Assembly (NCBI GenBank): GCA_024679065.1
Contig: JAGIQG010000011.1
Span: 71,920,001-71,984,000, forward strand
DNA: 64,000 nucleotides
Direction: 5' to 3'
From: Sphyrna mokarran
Lineage: Eukaryota
Shown: piece by piece, positions 1-11,550 of the stretch
Numbering within the stretch: the stretch's first letter is position 1
Layout of the letters: every line of letters starts with the position of its first letter
Notes under the pieces: model-generated
The model's database searches: none
What the model was told of the DNA's origin: nothing
What the model saw: only the letters and a program-made list of their open reading frames with translations
Position numbers and translations under genes: made by a program

Positions 1-3000
1 CTGATCTCTGGTTCTTAACCCTCCTGCGTAAATTCTTTTTAAATTACATTGTGTGTACAAAATTGACTTGAACAACTGGTTTGATGTTTTGTTTCAAACT
101 CTGAAATGCAGTTCTTTTCTTGCCAAATTGTGTTACCAATTATTGTGAAAGAGCTGAACAGACTGTGAAATAAACTGACATTTGTAGGATAGTTTGTGCT
201 ATGTGTCTCTCTCTCCTCAGTCGCCCGCGTCGCCCCCCCCCCCCCCCCCGCCAGTTGCACAATGCAACAGAGATAAGTCACAGCAAAAGCAACACAGATT
301 TGCTTATAAATAGGGTCTCTGACAGACCATAGGTTTTGACATTTGATGCCTTTACCGGACTCTGCGATTTCAATTAAAAAAAAACAGACTGTAACGCAAC
401 AACATCCTCATTTATAATAAGACAGCCATGTGCAAGGTACAAGGCAGTTACATAATCGGCGGTTTGAGATCATCTCCTATGTTTGTGCAGTTTACAACAT
501 CAGAGGTCTTTTAATTGTTTTAAACACAGACATTCTCCTTTGTTAATTCAAGTCAAATTGCAGTGATTTATTTGTTTAAAAAATGCATACAACGGCTGCA
601 GTTATGAAAACAATAATCATGATGAATTCTTCTTTACGTGAAGTAGCGTTTGAGGCAATAGAATTAAATAGTCATTTACCGATGCGTTTGTTGGGAGCAA
701 AAACTAGTACGTAACTGGGTGCTATTTCTTTTCACAGCTAGGGGAAGCACAGGTATGGCTTTAACCTCTCTTCACTTATTCAGCAGGCTGGTATTTCTGC
801 CCAGCTTGTCTGTGCCTTGAGGAAGGTAGGGGCGCTCGCTGGTAATTCTACGAGATCATTTTCCTCACAGCTAGTTCAACTCACTGAATGCTTTAGGATA
901 AGCAAGTTAAGGTTATCAGTAATAATGACTATCACAGAAGGTGACTACACGGAATCTTTTTAGGAAGAGATAGTTCGCCACGTTTTATCGTTAAATAGCT
1001 CCGGCGCAGACTTCCTCAGAGACCTTCAACCAGGTGTAACAGCAACGCACCTCTCAACCGCAAAGCCCCAGCTTCATAGATTGAAACAGTACTGCTCAAA
1101 TCATAGGGACGTTACATTTAAGATGCAGTGTTAATCCCATGTTCGCAACTTGCAGGAGCATGTCAGCGAGGTTTCACCTCACTAAAATTCCAATTTCTAT
1201 TCAATCTTGCAAAATTAACACGAAACAGCGCATCAGCAGAAACCTCCCCCACTTTACTTCATTTATAAATTGCAAGAATGATGCCATTATATATTATTAA
1301 TTTCTGCTGTTTGCCACTGCAGTGATAGCACCGAGCCGCGGATGTTCGAGCTTTGTAATTAGGTTCTAGTAGGGCAGCCATCCGTCCCTTTTCAAAAATT
1401 TACAGGATTCTTAATCACACTGCTCATTTGACTGTGCAGTAGCAAGTACAGTGAAACACAAACAGGCCACGTTCGTTTACACAGGAACACCTGCTTAGCC
1501 TGATAGCAGATGTCACCGCGAAGAGAGAGAGGAAAAAAAGGAAAAGAGAGATCAGCCATCTCGGCTGATTATCCTTTACTTTTGCTCCCAAAGCACATAT
1601 CAACTCTGCCCAACTCTTCCTTGATCTTTTTTTTAAAGTTTGGCTGTGCAACACCCCAGCCTGCATATTAAAATTTTGCACGATTCTCTAGATCGCTTGC
1701 TTGTGCTTTCTTCGACATTGCGTTTATCCACTTCTTGCTAAGAACCTCTAGCTCTGGAGGATAGTGTAAAAAATGTTTAACTTCCATAGTAACACTGCTG
1801 AGGGGAGAGGCAGTGGGGATAAGCTCCTTTCCATTGCAGTTTTTAGGCTAAATGAGTTTGGGGAAACCTCCCTTACTTGACACTTCTCAAACAAAACCTC
1901 CATCAAATGTCTTGAAAACGTGTGCTTATGATTTCAATAGCCACGCTACATAATGATCAGAGCTATTCCTACCTCTAGATTCATCATTTAAAAGTAGCAA
2001 ACGTACAATTTTTGTTAAATCTTCTAGGTAATGGGTGTGCATGATTGGCATAAGAAGTTATTTCTTTCCACGTGAAGGATAGCTTTCTTTAATGTTACGT
2101 GTTCAACAGGATATCAGTTTATATGTTCCCCCTATCTTGCTTAAACAGACTCAGAGGTAAAACTTAACCAGAAGTTAGATAATATTGATAGGATGAATCA
2201 GCTACAAGGACAGGGAGAGACATTTTTATCCAGCAAACAAATTACCTGTACGAGAAAGGAACATTAAAGGACTGTTTTATGACACGGTGGAATTCTTTTA
2301 AAGAAGAATTGCCAGAAGAAACCTGTACTTTTTCAGATAAAAGCTCTGGTGCAGGAATGGTTAGGATGTGTACAAAATGGGGATAGCAAAAATATCAGTG
2401 ATTCTGAACAGATTCGGAGTTACGTTGCATCGTAAGATATTTTAAATGGCAAGATGCTCTGAAAGACATGGCAATTCACATGCCCCTAACCATTTTTGAT
2501 CTCAGCAAATTGGCCTGCATGTACGCGTAGAAAAATCTAGCTCGCAAGACAGAAAATCCGCACAGCATGGATCCTTCAAAAAGTCATGATGTATCAGTTG
2601 CCAGAACACTATGCTACTGAAAATAATGAGAATTATTTTCTCAGAATATTAAAGTTTATTTGAACAAGTAAAAGGCTTCAGCATTTTTGAAGTTTATTAA
2701 GTGGAATTGTCAGGTTAGCAGAAAATGAAATAGATTTTACATATCATAACACAGCAGTAGATCATAATATTGTGATGCACCAGAAAACGGTTTCTTCACC
2801 ACACATCTCTCAGGTCCCGGAAGTGAGGTGTTTTGCGACTCTAGCCCTCGTAAAGTGTTGAATACACAGGCATATGTAAGAGTAACAGGGGCAAAGTATT
2901 TCAGGTACAAAGAAGAGTAGGAAGGACTTAAATTCAGTGATCTTTTTTGGTATTACTGTGTATTTAATGTTAACTTCTTTAAATCTTCAAAACGAAACAG

Positions 3001-4989
3001 GACACAACGTTGAATTTCTTCCAAAGTCTTGCTCCATTTCCCCATACAGCTTTAAGTCTTTCCCCATTATTATGGACAAGATTCCAGAGCTCTTAGCAAT
3101 ACAGGGAGAAAGATCCTTTCCTTTCACTGACATGCGGCAGCCATAAGAGGACTTACAAAGGAGCACCCGGGGAATTTTAAACTTTGACAGCTTTATATTT
3201 TGATTGCAATCCTAACTCCAATGCACATTCTGTACCTGTTGCCTTCAAATGGTGTATTTGGTACTTCTGCTATTTATTGTCCAACTAGTTTTCTGCTTTA
3301 ATTTGGAAATTTTGTGGGCTGGACTCATACTTGTTGCATTTGAAAATATATTATTTAACCTATTCAGGTTTCTGTTCATAGTCTGCATGGCCCTCACACC
3401 TACTGAAGTAACCAGATGTTAGAAAAGATTATTCATTCCAGTGATTGTTAATACTGTTTGAATGTAGATTCTATTGTTTGCCAGTCAATTGGTATAGATC
3501 ATCTTGAAAGATGCATAACTATCAATCCCCATACTTTTGGCAAGCTTTCCAGATGCACTGTGATTCTATCCCTATTAATACTCCAGGTTTAGGCCTGTGA
3601 GTGGGATAAGGCAGAGAGGACTGTGAATATACACACTCTCTTCATAAAACAGTTGCCACTGTGATCTGTTAGAATTGACATATTGATTGCTTCAAACGTA
3701 CAAATGTCCATTTCATAAACTCCATTTTCAAAGCGTAGACACATTTAGAGCTCTGTCTTTTTTCCCACATGGATCAATTATATGCCCACGTAATCCTGTT
3801 ACCTGTGAAATCCATGCATGCTTTCCCCATTTGCTGCATATCCTAGGCGTGCAAGTTACATTATGCGGATATAAGCAAACAGTGTGTTGTGGTGAAATTA
3901 GGGATTGTTTTCCCACTGACAGCTCTGGAGCTGAGAGTGATGGCACCCTTTTCCCTCCCTCCCCCATACCTCTCCCCCACCCCCCGCCTCTGCGAGAGAA
4001 TCAGAAGATAGATTACCAAGTTATTCAATCCAGAACCAAAAAATAATGGACTATGAAAACAGTCCATTAAACATTCTGGAGATAAATAATCTTCTTCATT
4101 TCTCTAATCTGCAGGTATGACTGACTACTTATCTAGGTTGTAGTCAGGAACTGAGTTGTGCAAAGGCATTTAATTAATGTGTTTTATTCTTTATCTTGGG
4201 GGTTATATTATTTTCTCTATTATTTAACATGTTCTTTGTATTATCCTCCATTTAGATTAATGACAGGGAACAGATAAAAACTTTAAAATGTATTGAAAAA
4301 TAATCTATTGAAATCCACTGTTGTGTGTCTGTTGGGGAATGCTCAGCAGTGAATATGCTGTCATCGCTTTCTATCTAAACTCTCACAAGAGGAAAGTCAT
4401 GATAGGTAAGGTATGGGGCAGTTATCAGCATTGTGCATCCATAGCCAAGCACCTTCAAGAAAGGAGGAGAGAAACTTGGGAGGAAAAGTGAACCTGAATT
4501 GAATTATTTGATTGTATTTATTCTGATTGTCCCTTTTTTACTGTGTTCTTATTTATTCTCAACAACACTGCTGATGCTTGGTAAAAACCTTTCTCTGCAG
4601 AGCGAAGGATGTCTTTCTGTGCGTAAAACTGAATAGATCTACTCTTGTGATCCATATCATCTTCTAGTATGCTTACAGAATGCAACCATCGAATGTTAGG
4701 ACACAGGGGTGGAAAACAGAGAACATCACATACTCAGAACCTTGTGCGAATGAAGCCACTGACATAAACCTCCAAGGAATAGACCCCATTATATCAGGTG
4801 AGGGGTGCTCCAGGGATTCTTGAAACTGGATTGATGACTTAAATGTGCACATGAGAAACCCCAGAAGATTACGTATCTGTGGCATCAGTAGGAAAAAGAA
4901 ACATTTAGATTGTTTACTAATGGAATAATGACTGTCAGGAATACTGAGCTATGGAGCAACTCTATCCTCATAACACTCGGAACGCAATG

Positions 4990-5102
4990 CAGATACACAC
5001 GACACACAAATACAGAAGCAAGGCACAAGGTACACACAAATGCAACACAACATTAAAGATAACACAACAAACAGCACAACATAACACAAACACACACATA
5101 CA
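4990..5102. repeat. CA-rich low-complexity tract (ACACA/ACAAA units)
   Basis: ACACACGACACACAAATACAG...CACAACATAACACAAACACACACATAC. Confidence 0.7.
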
Positions 5103-5900
5103 AAACTTGGCTTCTCAATGTCTCCTGCATCTATTTTGTACACTTCAATGATCTTGAGGCAGCTCATTCATGCTAAACTTGTCGAATACAATTTGTTTCC
5201 TGAAAGGTTCACAAAATCCCAGAATACCTTATGAAATATTGCCTGACCTGCTCACTGGAGTGGCTCAACGAAGCACAAAGGAAGCGTCAAAAAGTAGCTA
5301 CATGCTTAGTGCGATCTACAAGCACTTGGTGCACCATACTATTGTTCCAGTTAAGCAGTAAAGATAAATAGTGGCGTGTTAACCAGATTTGACATGCTGT
5401 ATAGAATAGGCATCTTCAGTCCCAAGACACAGCCAAACACAAAATACAAACATTTCCACCATCCGCGCCAGACTGGATAAAGCTCTGACAATTTGTCACT
5501 AGGCTGTAAGAGCTCCTACCTTTGTGACTAGTCACGGAATACCAAATAGGGGTGCATTTTTCCTTTCGAATAAGACAGCAGGTTTGACAGTGGTATATGG
5601 TTTAATTAAGGCTGTAAAGCCCAAACTTCATCTTTTTCTCTCCTGCAGAAGCATGGCTTTTTGCCTCTTCACTTTATTGAAGGAATCATTTTCACATTAT
5701 GATTTTAGGAATGAGGTAACTGGCAGGGTAGAAGTACACAGCTAAACTAACCCCGTGGAGGGTTAGATTGTCCTCTTGTGCTGCACAAGGTTTGGATTTT
5801 GTGTCTACTATTATGAAAATAATAATTCAAACAGTGTCAGTGAAGAACACAGCCCACACTAGAAAATACTATACAAACTAAGCAGAACTTGAGTTGAATA

Positions 5901-6198
5901 TTAGCACTGCTGTCTCACAGCACCAGGGACCTGGATTTAATTCCAGTCTCAGGTCACTGACTGTGTGGAGTTTGCATGCTCTCCTTGTGTTTGTGTGTGT
6001 TTCCTCCGGGTGCTCTGGTTTCATGCTACAGTCCAAAGATGTGCAGGTTAGGTTGATTGGCTGCGCCAAATTGATCCTAGTGTCAGGGGATTAACAGGAT
6101 AAATATGTGGGGTTGTGAGGATAAAGCCTAGGTGGGATTGTGGTGAGTGCAGACTCGATGGGCTGAATGGCTCCTTCTGCACTATAATGATTCTATGA
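5901..6198 (+). mobile_element. tRNA-derived V-domain SINE (HE1-like), CR1-type tail, 5' slightly truncated
   Basis: TTAGCACTGCTGTCTCACAGCACCAGGGACC head; V-domain GTGTGGAGTTTGCATGCTCTCC...TTTCCTCCGGGTGCTCTGGTTTC; tail GGGCTGAATGGCTCCTTCTGCACT...ATTCTATGA. Confidence 0.9.
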
Positions 6199-6739
6199 AT
6201 TTATCCTAAAATTATTTTTGTGACCTTTGTGGTTATCCCCTAATCTGGACAATTAATTCCGAGTATGCAATTATCATTTGCCCCAGTGCTATGAAAAGTG
6301 CAGATCTGCCACATTTTTCTGGGAAAATGAACTGATTTTGATCATTCCAGGATTTACAAAAGCCTATCTAAAACATCAATTCTCTGAATTAATCTAAATT
6401 TCAATGTCTTTCTTCATTCACTTTGTATCCAATATGTTAAAAGAATTAAAAATGCCTTTGATAAAAAGTATTTGATGTAATCCAATAGAAGTTTAAAACA
6501 GTGAAGTATCCATGGGATAATATTCTATAGAATGTTTCCACGTGAATGGCATTGTGCACTTTGGTGCAGCCATTCTTACAGCAAATTTACTTAGCATTCT
6601 AGGAAATCAAGTACACGAGTCAAATATAAAACCCATTAAATTAATTGTCTGATCTAACGAGCAAAAATATTACAAATTAACTCATTTTAAAGGAGTAACT
6701 ATGCAGATTCATTTGTTGAAATAAACATGCATTATATAA

Positions 6740-7720
6740 AAGTGTTCATCCAAGTAAAGCACAGGTAGAAATAAAACTATTCAAATAGAATATATACCAT
6801 ATAAAAAATGTCCATTTAAACTGAGCACAGGTACTGTATGGACAACTCTATTCAAATAGACCGCATATTGTTGAAACAAACATATTAAAATACAGCACAT
6901 GCTGTGTAAAATGTGTCTTCCTAAATAGAACACATTGGAGAAACATGCTGACTTAAACGAGAGCACTGCTTTAATGTATTCCTTTAAACAGACAATACAA
7001 AGTAAATGTGCCCATTTAAAAGAGTGTATATACTAAATAATCATCTGCATGTCAAGCACACGGCATAAATGTATTCATTTGAACAACAGAGTGGAGTTCA
7101 TATTGAAGAAACATATTTATGTTGTATATATTGGGTATGAATGCATCCAATAAAAAAAAACATATATTGTCTAATTATGTTTGATTGAAATGGATCACAG
7201 GTGTCAGTCATATAAACTATCCTATTCAGGTAGAGCATACCTTGTTTAAATATTTAAAAGTGCTCCGCTGGCAAAGAAGCATCAGTTTAAATTGAGCATA
7301 GTTACAACATAAACATTCATTTCAATAGATGCATACAGTACAAGCATATCCTTTTAAATAGTTACTATATAATCACGTACACTTGAATTCGCCACCTGTT
7401 AAGACCACTTGAGTGAAGTACCAGAGGATCACCAAAACCTAATGGAACCACCTCCAAGTGTGAGCCTTTACATTCAGGAGAAAGGTAGCACAGGGAGAAA
7501 ATTGAATGAGGAGTAAAAAGAAGTAAACACTGTATAAACATGTTTATTTAATTACAGAAAACAATTAATATATGTTTATTTAACAACAGTGCAGGTACTG
7601 CGTAAATAGACACATTATATGCTATAGAATTGTACCATTTAAGCATACTTGATAAAATATATCTATTTATGTAAAATGTACTGTTTTAAATGTGCTATTT
7701 GAAATACAGCATAGATATTA
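6740..7720. repeat. Highly diverged tandem repeat, period about 31-36 bp
   Basis: (C/T)ATT(T/C)AAA(T/C)AGA..ACA-like motif starts at 6778, 6813, 6849, 6883, 6918, 6950, 6981 and 7013, with weaker copies up to about 7720. Confidence 0.65.
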
Positions 7721-9800
7721 TGCCAGTATCTCTGATCAAGTGTATACTGTACAATTCCACAGACTGAAAATTAAATAGCGCCAGATTGACATATCTAAAT
7801 TTACTGGAACCTATGGAAGATATCTCTCACATTCCAGCCCTGAATAGATTTTTCTGCTTGCCCTCACTTCAACCTGAAAATATGACTCTTTTAGTGTCCA
7901 TCTTCTGCGGTAATACATCTCCCTAACAATTCCTCTTCAATCCCCCATTTAACCCACCAGACTTACAAAATCAAATTGTACCCTGTGTACTTCCAATGCC
8001 AGTTACTACTGAAATGCCTATTCAGGAAAAGTACAGGACACAATTCTGTGAATGAGCAATACCATAGGGGTGCAGAGTCCCAGTCAGGCTCTTAATGGGT
8101 TAATGTCCTCTGTGTGAAAGGACCACATGACAAACAACTTAGCTTCTTCCAGAGGAGAAAAAGATGCCTCATCTATTTCTATGCCTTGAACCAGAAATTA
8201 TTCCTTCAGCTCCTCTCTCCCATTCCACACTGTTGAAACCTATTCAAAAATCCTCGATGGAATTCAACGGGGGAAAACATCCTCACGTTGCCTAAATATT
8301 TAGCAAACACTTTCACCTGCAGACTGAACGTGGAGAAGGAGGTAATTGTTCATCTGAGCACTATCTGTGTTTGAGGTGGATAAATTATGTTGTCACTGAC
8401 TAAAATTAACGGCAATTCTTATCAATTTCCCAATTTCCGATGCTAATTGCAATTTTACTTTTAAATATACTTGCACCTGTTTTCTCATTTGGTCAAGATA
8501 GTTTCAGTACAAAGGTAGGGTAACTGAATGTAATCAGTGCTTTTAATTAACTGCACTGAAGATGTGCAAAAAGAAGCAATTATGTTGCAAATGAAAGAGT
8601 TTTTTTTGGCCTTAAATTATTTTATTACACATTACCTAAAACACAAAGCAAAACTACAAGATTCCATTTTTAATTTGTAATTACTTTAGTATAACCTTCC
8701 TGGGAATGAGTTACTCTTATTATAATTATTAATTAATTTTGCCTCATGACTAAATAAATGAAGTAATAATGTAAAAATTAATTAAAACATCAAAATACAC
8801 ATTAACTCACAAAAAAAGGTTTTGGTGGTCACAATTTAATTTGAGTTCAGTAATCATTTCACACAGCAAAATTGTCTTCAAACTCAATTTATACTCCATT
8901 AAAATAATGTAGTGTTCTGCTCTTAGTTTAAGGGCTGTGTTCTAACTCCTCCCTAAGTGTTATCTACAAATTCAGACACTTTTCACAAGTGCCATTTGCA
9001 ACAGAAAGTTTTTTTTTGCTTATAAGACTCTTCATTGACAATTCCATTCTCAGATCCAATAGTTTAAAACGTTTCAATTGTAGCGATGATTATTCTCAAA
9101 GCTGTTAAATGACAAAAGTGATAGCGCCGAGGGAATTCAATATTCAAAGGCCTCAGACAGTTTAAACAAACTTAGCCGGAGAGAATAACAGGAACACAGG
9201 CATTTGACTGCTTCGTATGGGAAGGTGTAGAGATTAGACGCAACCCAGAGAAAACCTGCATCAAATATCAAGGACAGCAGACTAATGGCACTCAGAATGG
9301 ATTTTACAGCAAAGAGCCAACCCTTCCCAGGCTGACAAGAAAGGATTTGACCTCTTTCAAAATCATCTTCATTCCAACGCCCATCCATTAAAATATGCAC
9401 TCCCTGTATGTTATTTGATGGTTTGAGGCAGGAATGAGTCACAGGTTCCACTTTACCAGCTTGTCAGGCCCCTTTAAGAAATATTTACTGTCAATTTCTT
9501 TTATATAATTTGAAATTAACACCAAGGTAATTCCAGACAATTCCAGTAAACACTGAATGATTTCACAAATAGCTACGTAATCTAGCTCTTTAAGATTTAT
9601 TTGATTTCATTGCACAATAGTGACACTGCATCATATGAGAGAAAATGTAAAACCTCGAGTGAAGTACCTCTAGGTAGATCCTGAAATCATTTTGAAATCT
9701 TACAGAATTACAAGTTATGAAGCATATTCTGAAATCAATGATTTCAATGCCGTGTACACTATCATAGGCGATGTAGTTTTACTCTGTAATTATTATATTA

Positions 9801-10096
9801 GGGGCTGCACAGTAGCAGAGTGGTTAGAACTGCTGCCTCACAGTGCCAAAGACCGGGTTCGATTACTAGCTTGGCTCATTGTCTGTGCGGACAATCTCCT
9901 CATGTCTGCATGGGTTTGCTCCAGCTTCCTCCCACAGTCCGAAAGACATATTGGTTAAATGCATTGAACATGTTAAATTCTTTCTCAATGTACCCAAACA
10001 GGCGTCGGAATGTGGCGACTAGGAGATTTTCGCAATAACTTCATTGCAACGTTAATGAAAGCCTACTTATGAGGCTAATAAATAAACTTTACTTTA
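9801..10096 (+). mobile_element. V-domain SINE (HE1-like), alternative tail ending TAATAAATAAACTTT
   Basis: A-box/B-box head (TGGTTAGAACTGCTGCCTCACAG...GGGTTCGATT), V-domain, tail GTACCCAAACAGGCGTCGGAATGTGGCGACTAGG...AACTTCATTGC...GCCTACTT. Confidence 0.9.
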
Positions 10097-11399
10097 TATA
10101 TCCGAGCATTAAAGGAACCAAAATTGTTCTTTCCAATGGCATTTTGTTGTCACGGATTAACTTGCAACAGACAAGGACAGTCTATGTTGAGTGTAAGTTA
10201 TGCTATTGATTGGAAAGAAAGTTGCCCCCCCCCTTCAAGGAAACATATAAGTAGGTTCTTAGGATGAAGATGCACTAACATCAAGAAAGAGATTCTGTGG
10301 GATGAATATACGCCAGAAAGAAATTAACAAAAAGTGAAGTATTAAACATGAAACATACAGACTAACAAACAGCTGCCAGTGAGTTTGCAGCTCTAATGCA
10401 AACAAGGAATATGGTCAGCTTTCATAAACCACTTGAATTTCATACTTCCAACTCATGATGCCATTACATGACGTCATTGGAACCATTGGACTGCGCCTTG
10501 TAACTCACTGCCAGACATCTGGTATCCTTATATTCTGTATACATCAAGCTGAAGCTTTACATTAGCACAGGAACTTAATGTTCCGCATGCAGAACAGACG
10601 CACTTTGAATTGGGAAAAGCGCAGTGAAGATATCCTGCAATCCAGTATTTGCTATGCCAGTAGACATTCAGTGCTCAAAACTGCCCTCACATCTAAGCCC
10701 AGCAAAGCAAAACCAATGTGACTGAACACCTCCTCAGTTTATAGTCAGTGCTATTCAGATATTTTTCCCTCCTTTTCTTGCCAGTCAAGTCCGGCTGAGA
10801 AAAAATGTAACTAACAGTGCAAGCAGCCAATTACTCCTAATGTCAAAATCTTAGCTCCAACCACCTCAGTGGAAGGGTTAGGTACCCGCAACAATATACT
10901 CTGGAGCCAGACAGTGTCTTTGAACAGCTACTGTTAAAGAATGGACTGTTACCTGCTTAGTTTTAGTCAGGAATCCATTTTTCCACCACAGGGGACTGAT
11001 AACTGGGTCATAAGCCTACAAACACATCATCAGTGTCATATTGCTCCTCTCCTTCTTGTAATGGGAGCTCAAATTCAATTTCAATCACTTGATCTAAACT
11101 CAATTTGATATCCATCACCCCTCAAACCAAGGCATGAGCTGCGATTGAATCCGTATCTGGTTACCTGCCCAAATGTTCAGTAGAGAAAATGGGGCTAGGG
11201 AGGAATGGGGATTTAAATCAGCCTGCTACAACCTTATCTAATTATATACAAATGCTTTGGGATATTTGTACGGCACCGGTGGAGGGAGAGCAACTCTCAT
11301 TAGATTTATAAGTGGATTCAGATTCATGGGATTCTACTATTCCCCAGTTTCTGATACTTAAAATCCAAAAATGCATTTATGGATCTGGGCATTTACATT

Positions 11400-11550
11400 T
11401 TTTTCATTATTCTTTCATCAGATGTGGGCATCACTGGCTTGGTAGGCCATTGCAGAGGGCAGACAGAAGTCAACCACACCACACAGTTGCACATCATCAG
11501 AATTTGTTCATGTGGCAGGCTAGAGTGGGAGAAAAGATTTCTGCTCAATG
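11400..11550 (-). mobile_element. Degraded 3' fragment of SacSINE1/Deu-type SINE
   Basis: TTCTTTCATCAGATGTGGGCATCACTGGC...GAGGGCAG...GTCAACCACA resembles the 3' part of the copy at 46975-47305. Confidence 0.55.

Noticed and set aside
6778-7030. Regularly spaced repeats as a CRISPR-like array
   Set aside because: Vertebrate intron; units are contiguous and degenerate with no repeat-spacer structure; no cas genes.
9801-9870. tRNA gene-like sequences (also at 30157, 46159 and others)
   Set aside because: These are tRNA-derived SINE heads followed by SINE bodies; no complete cloverleaf.
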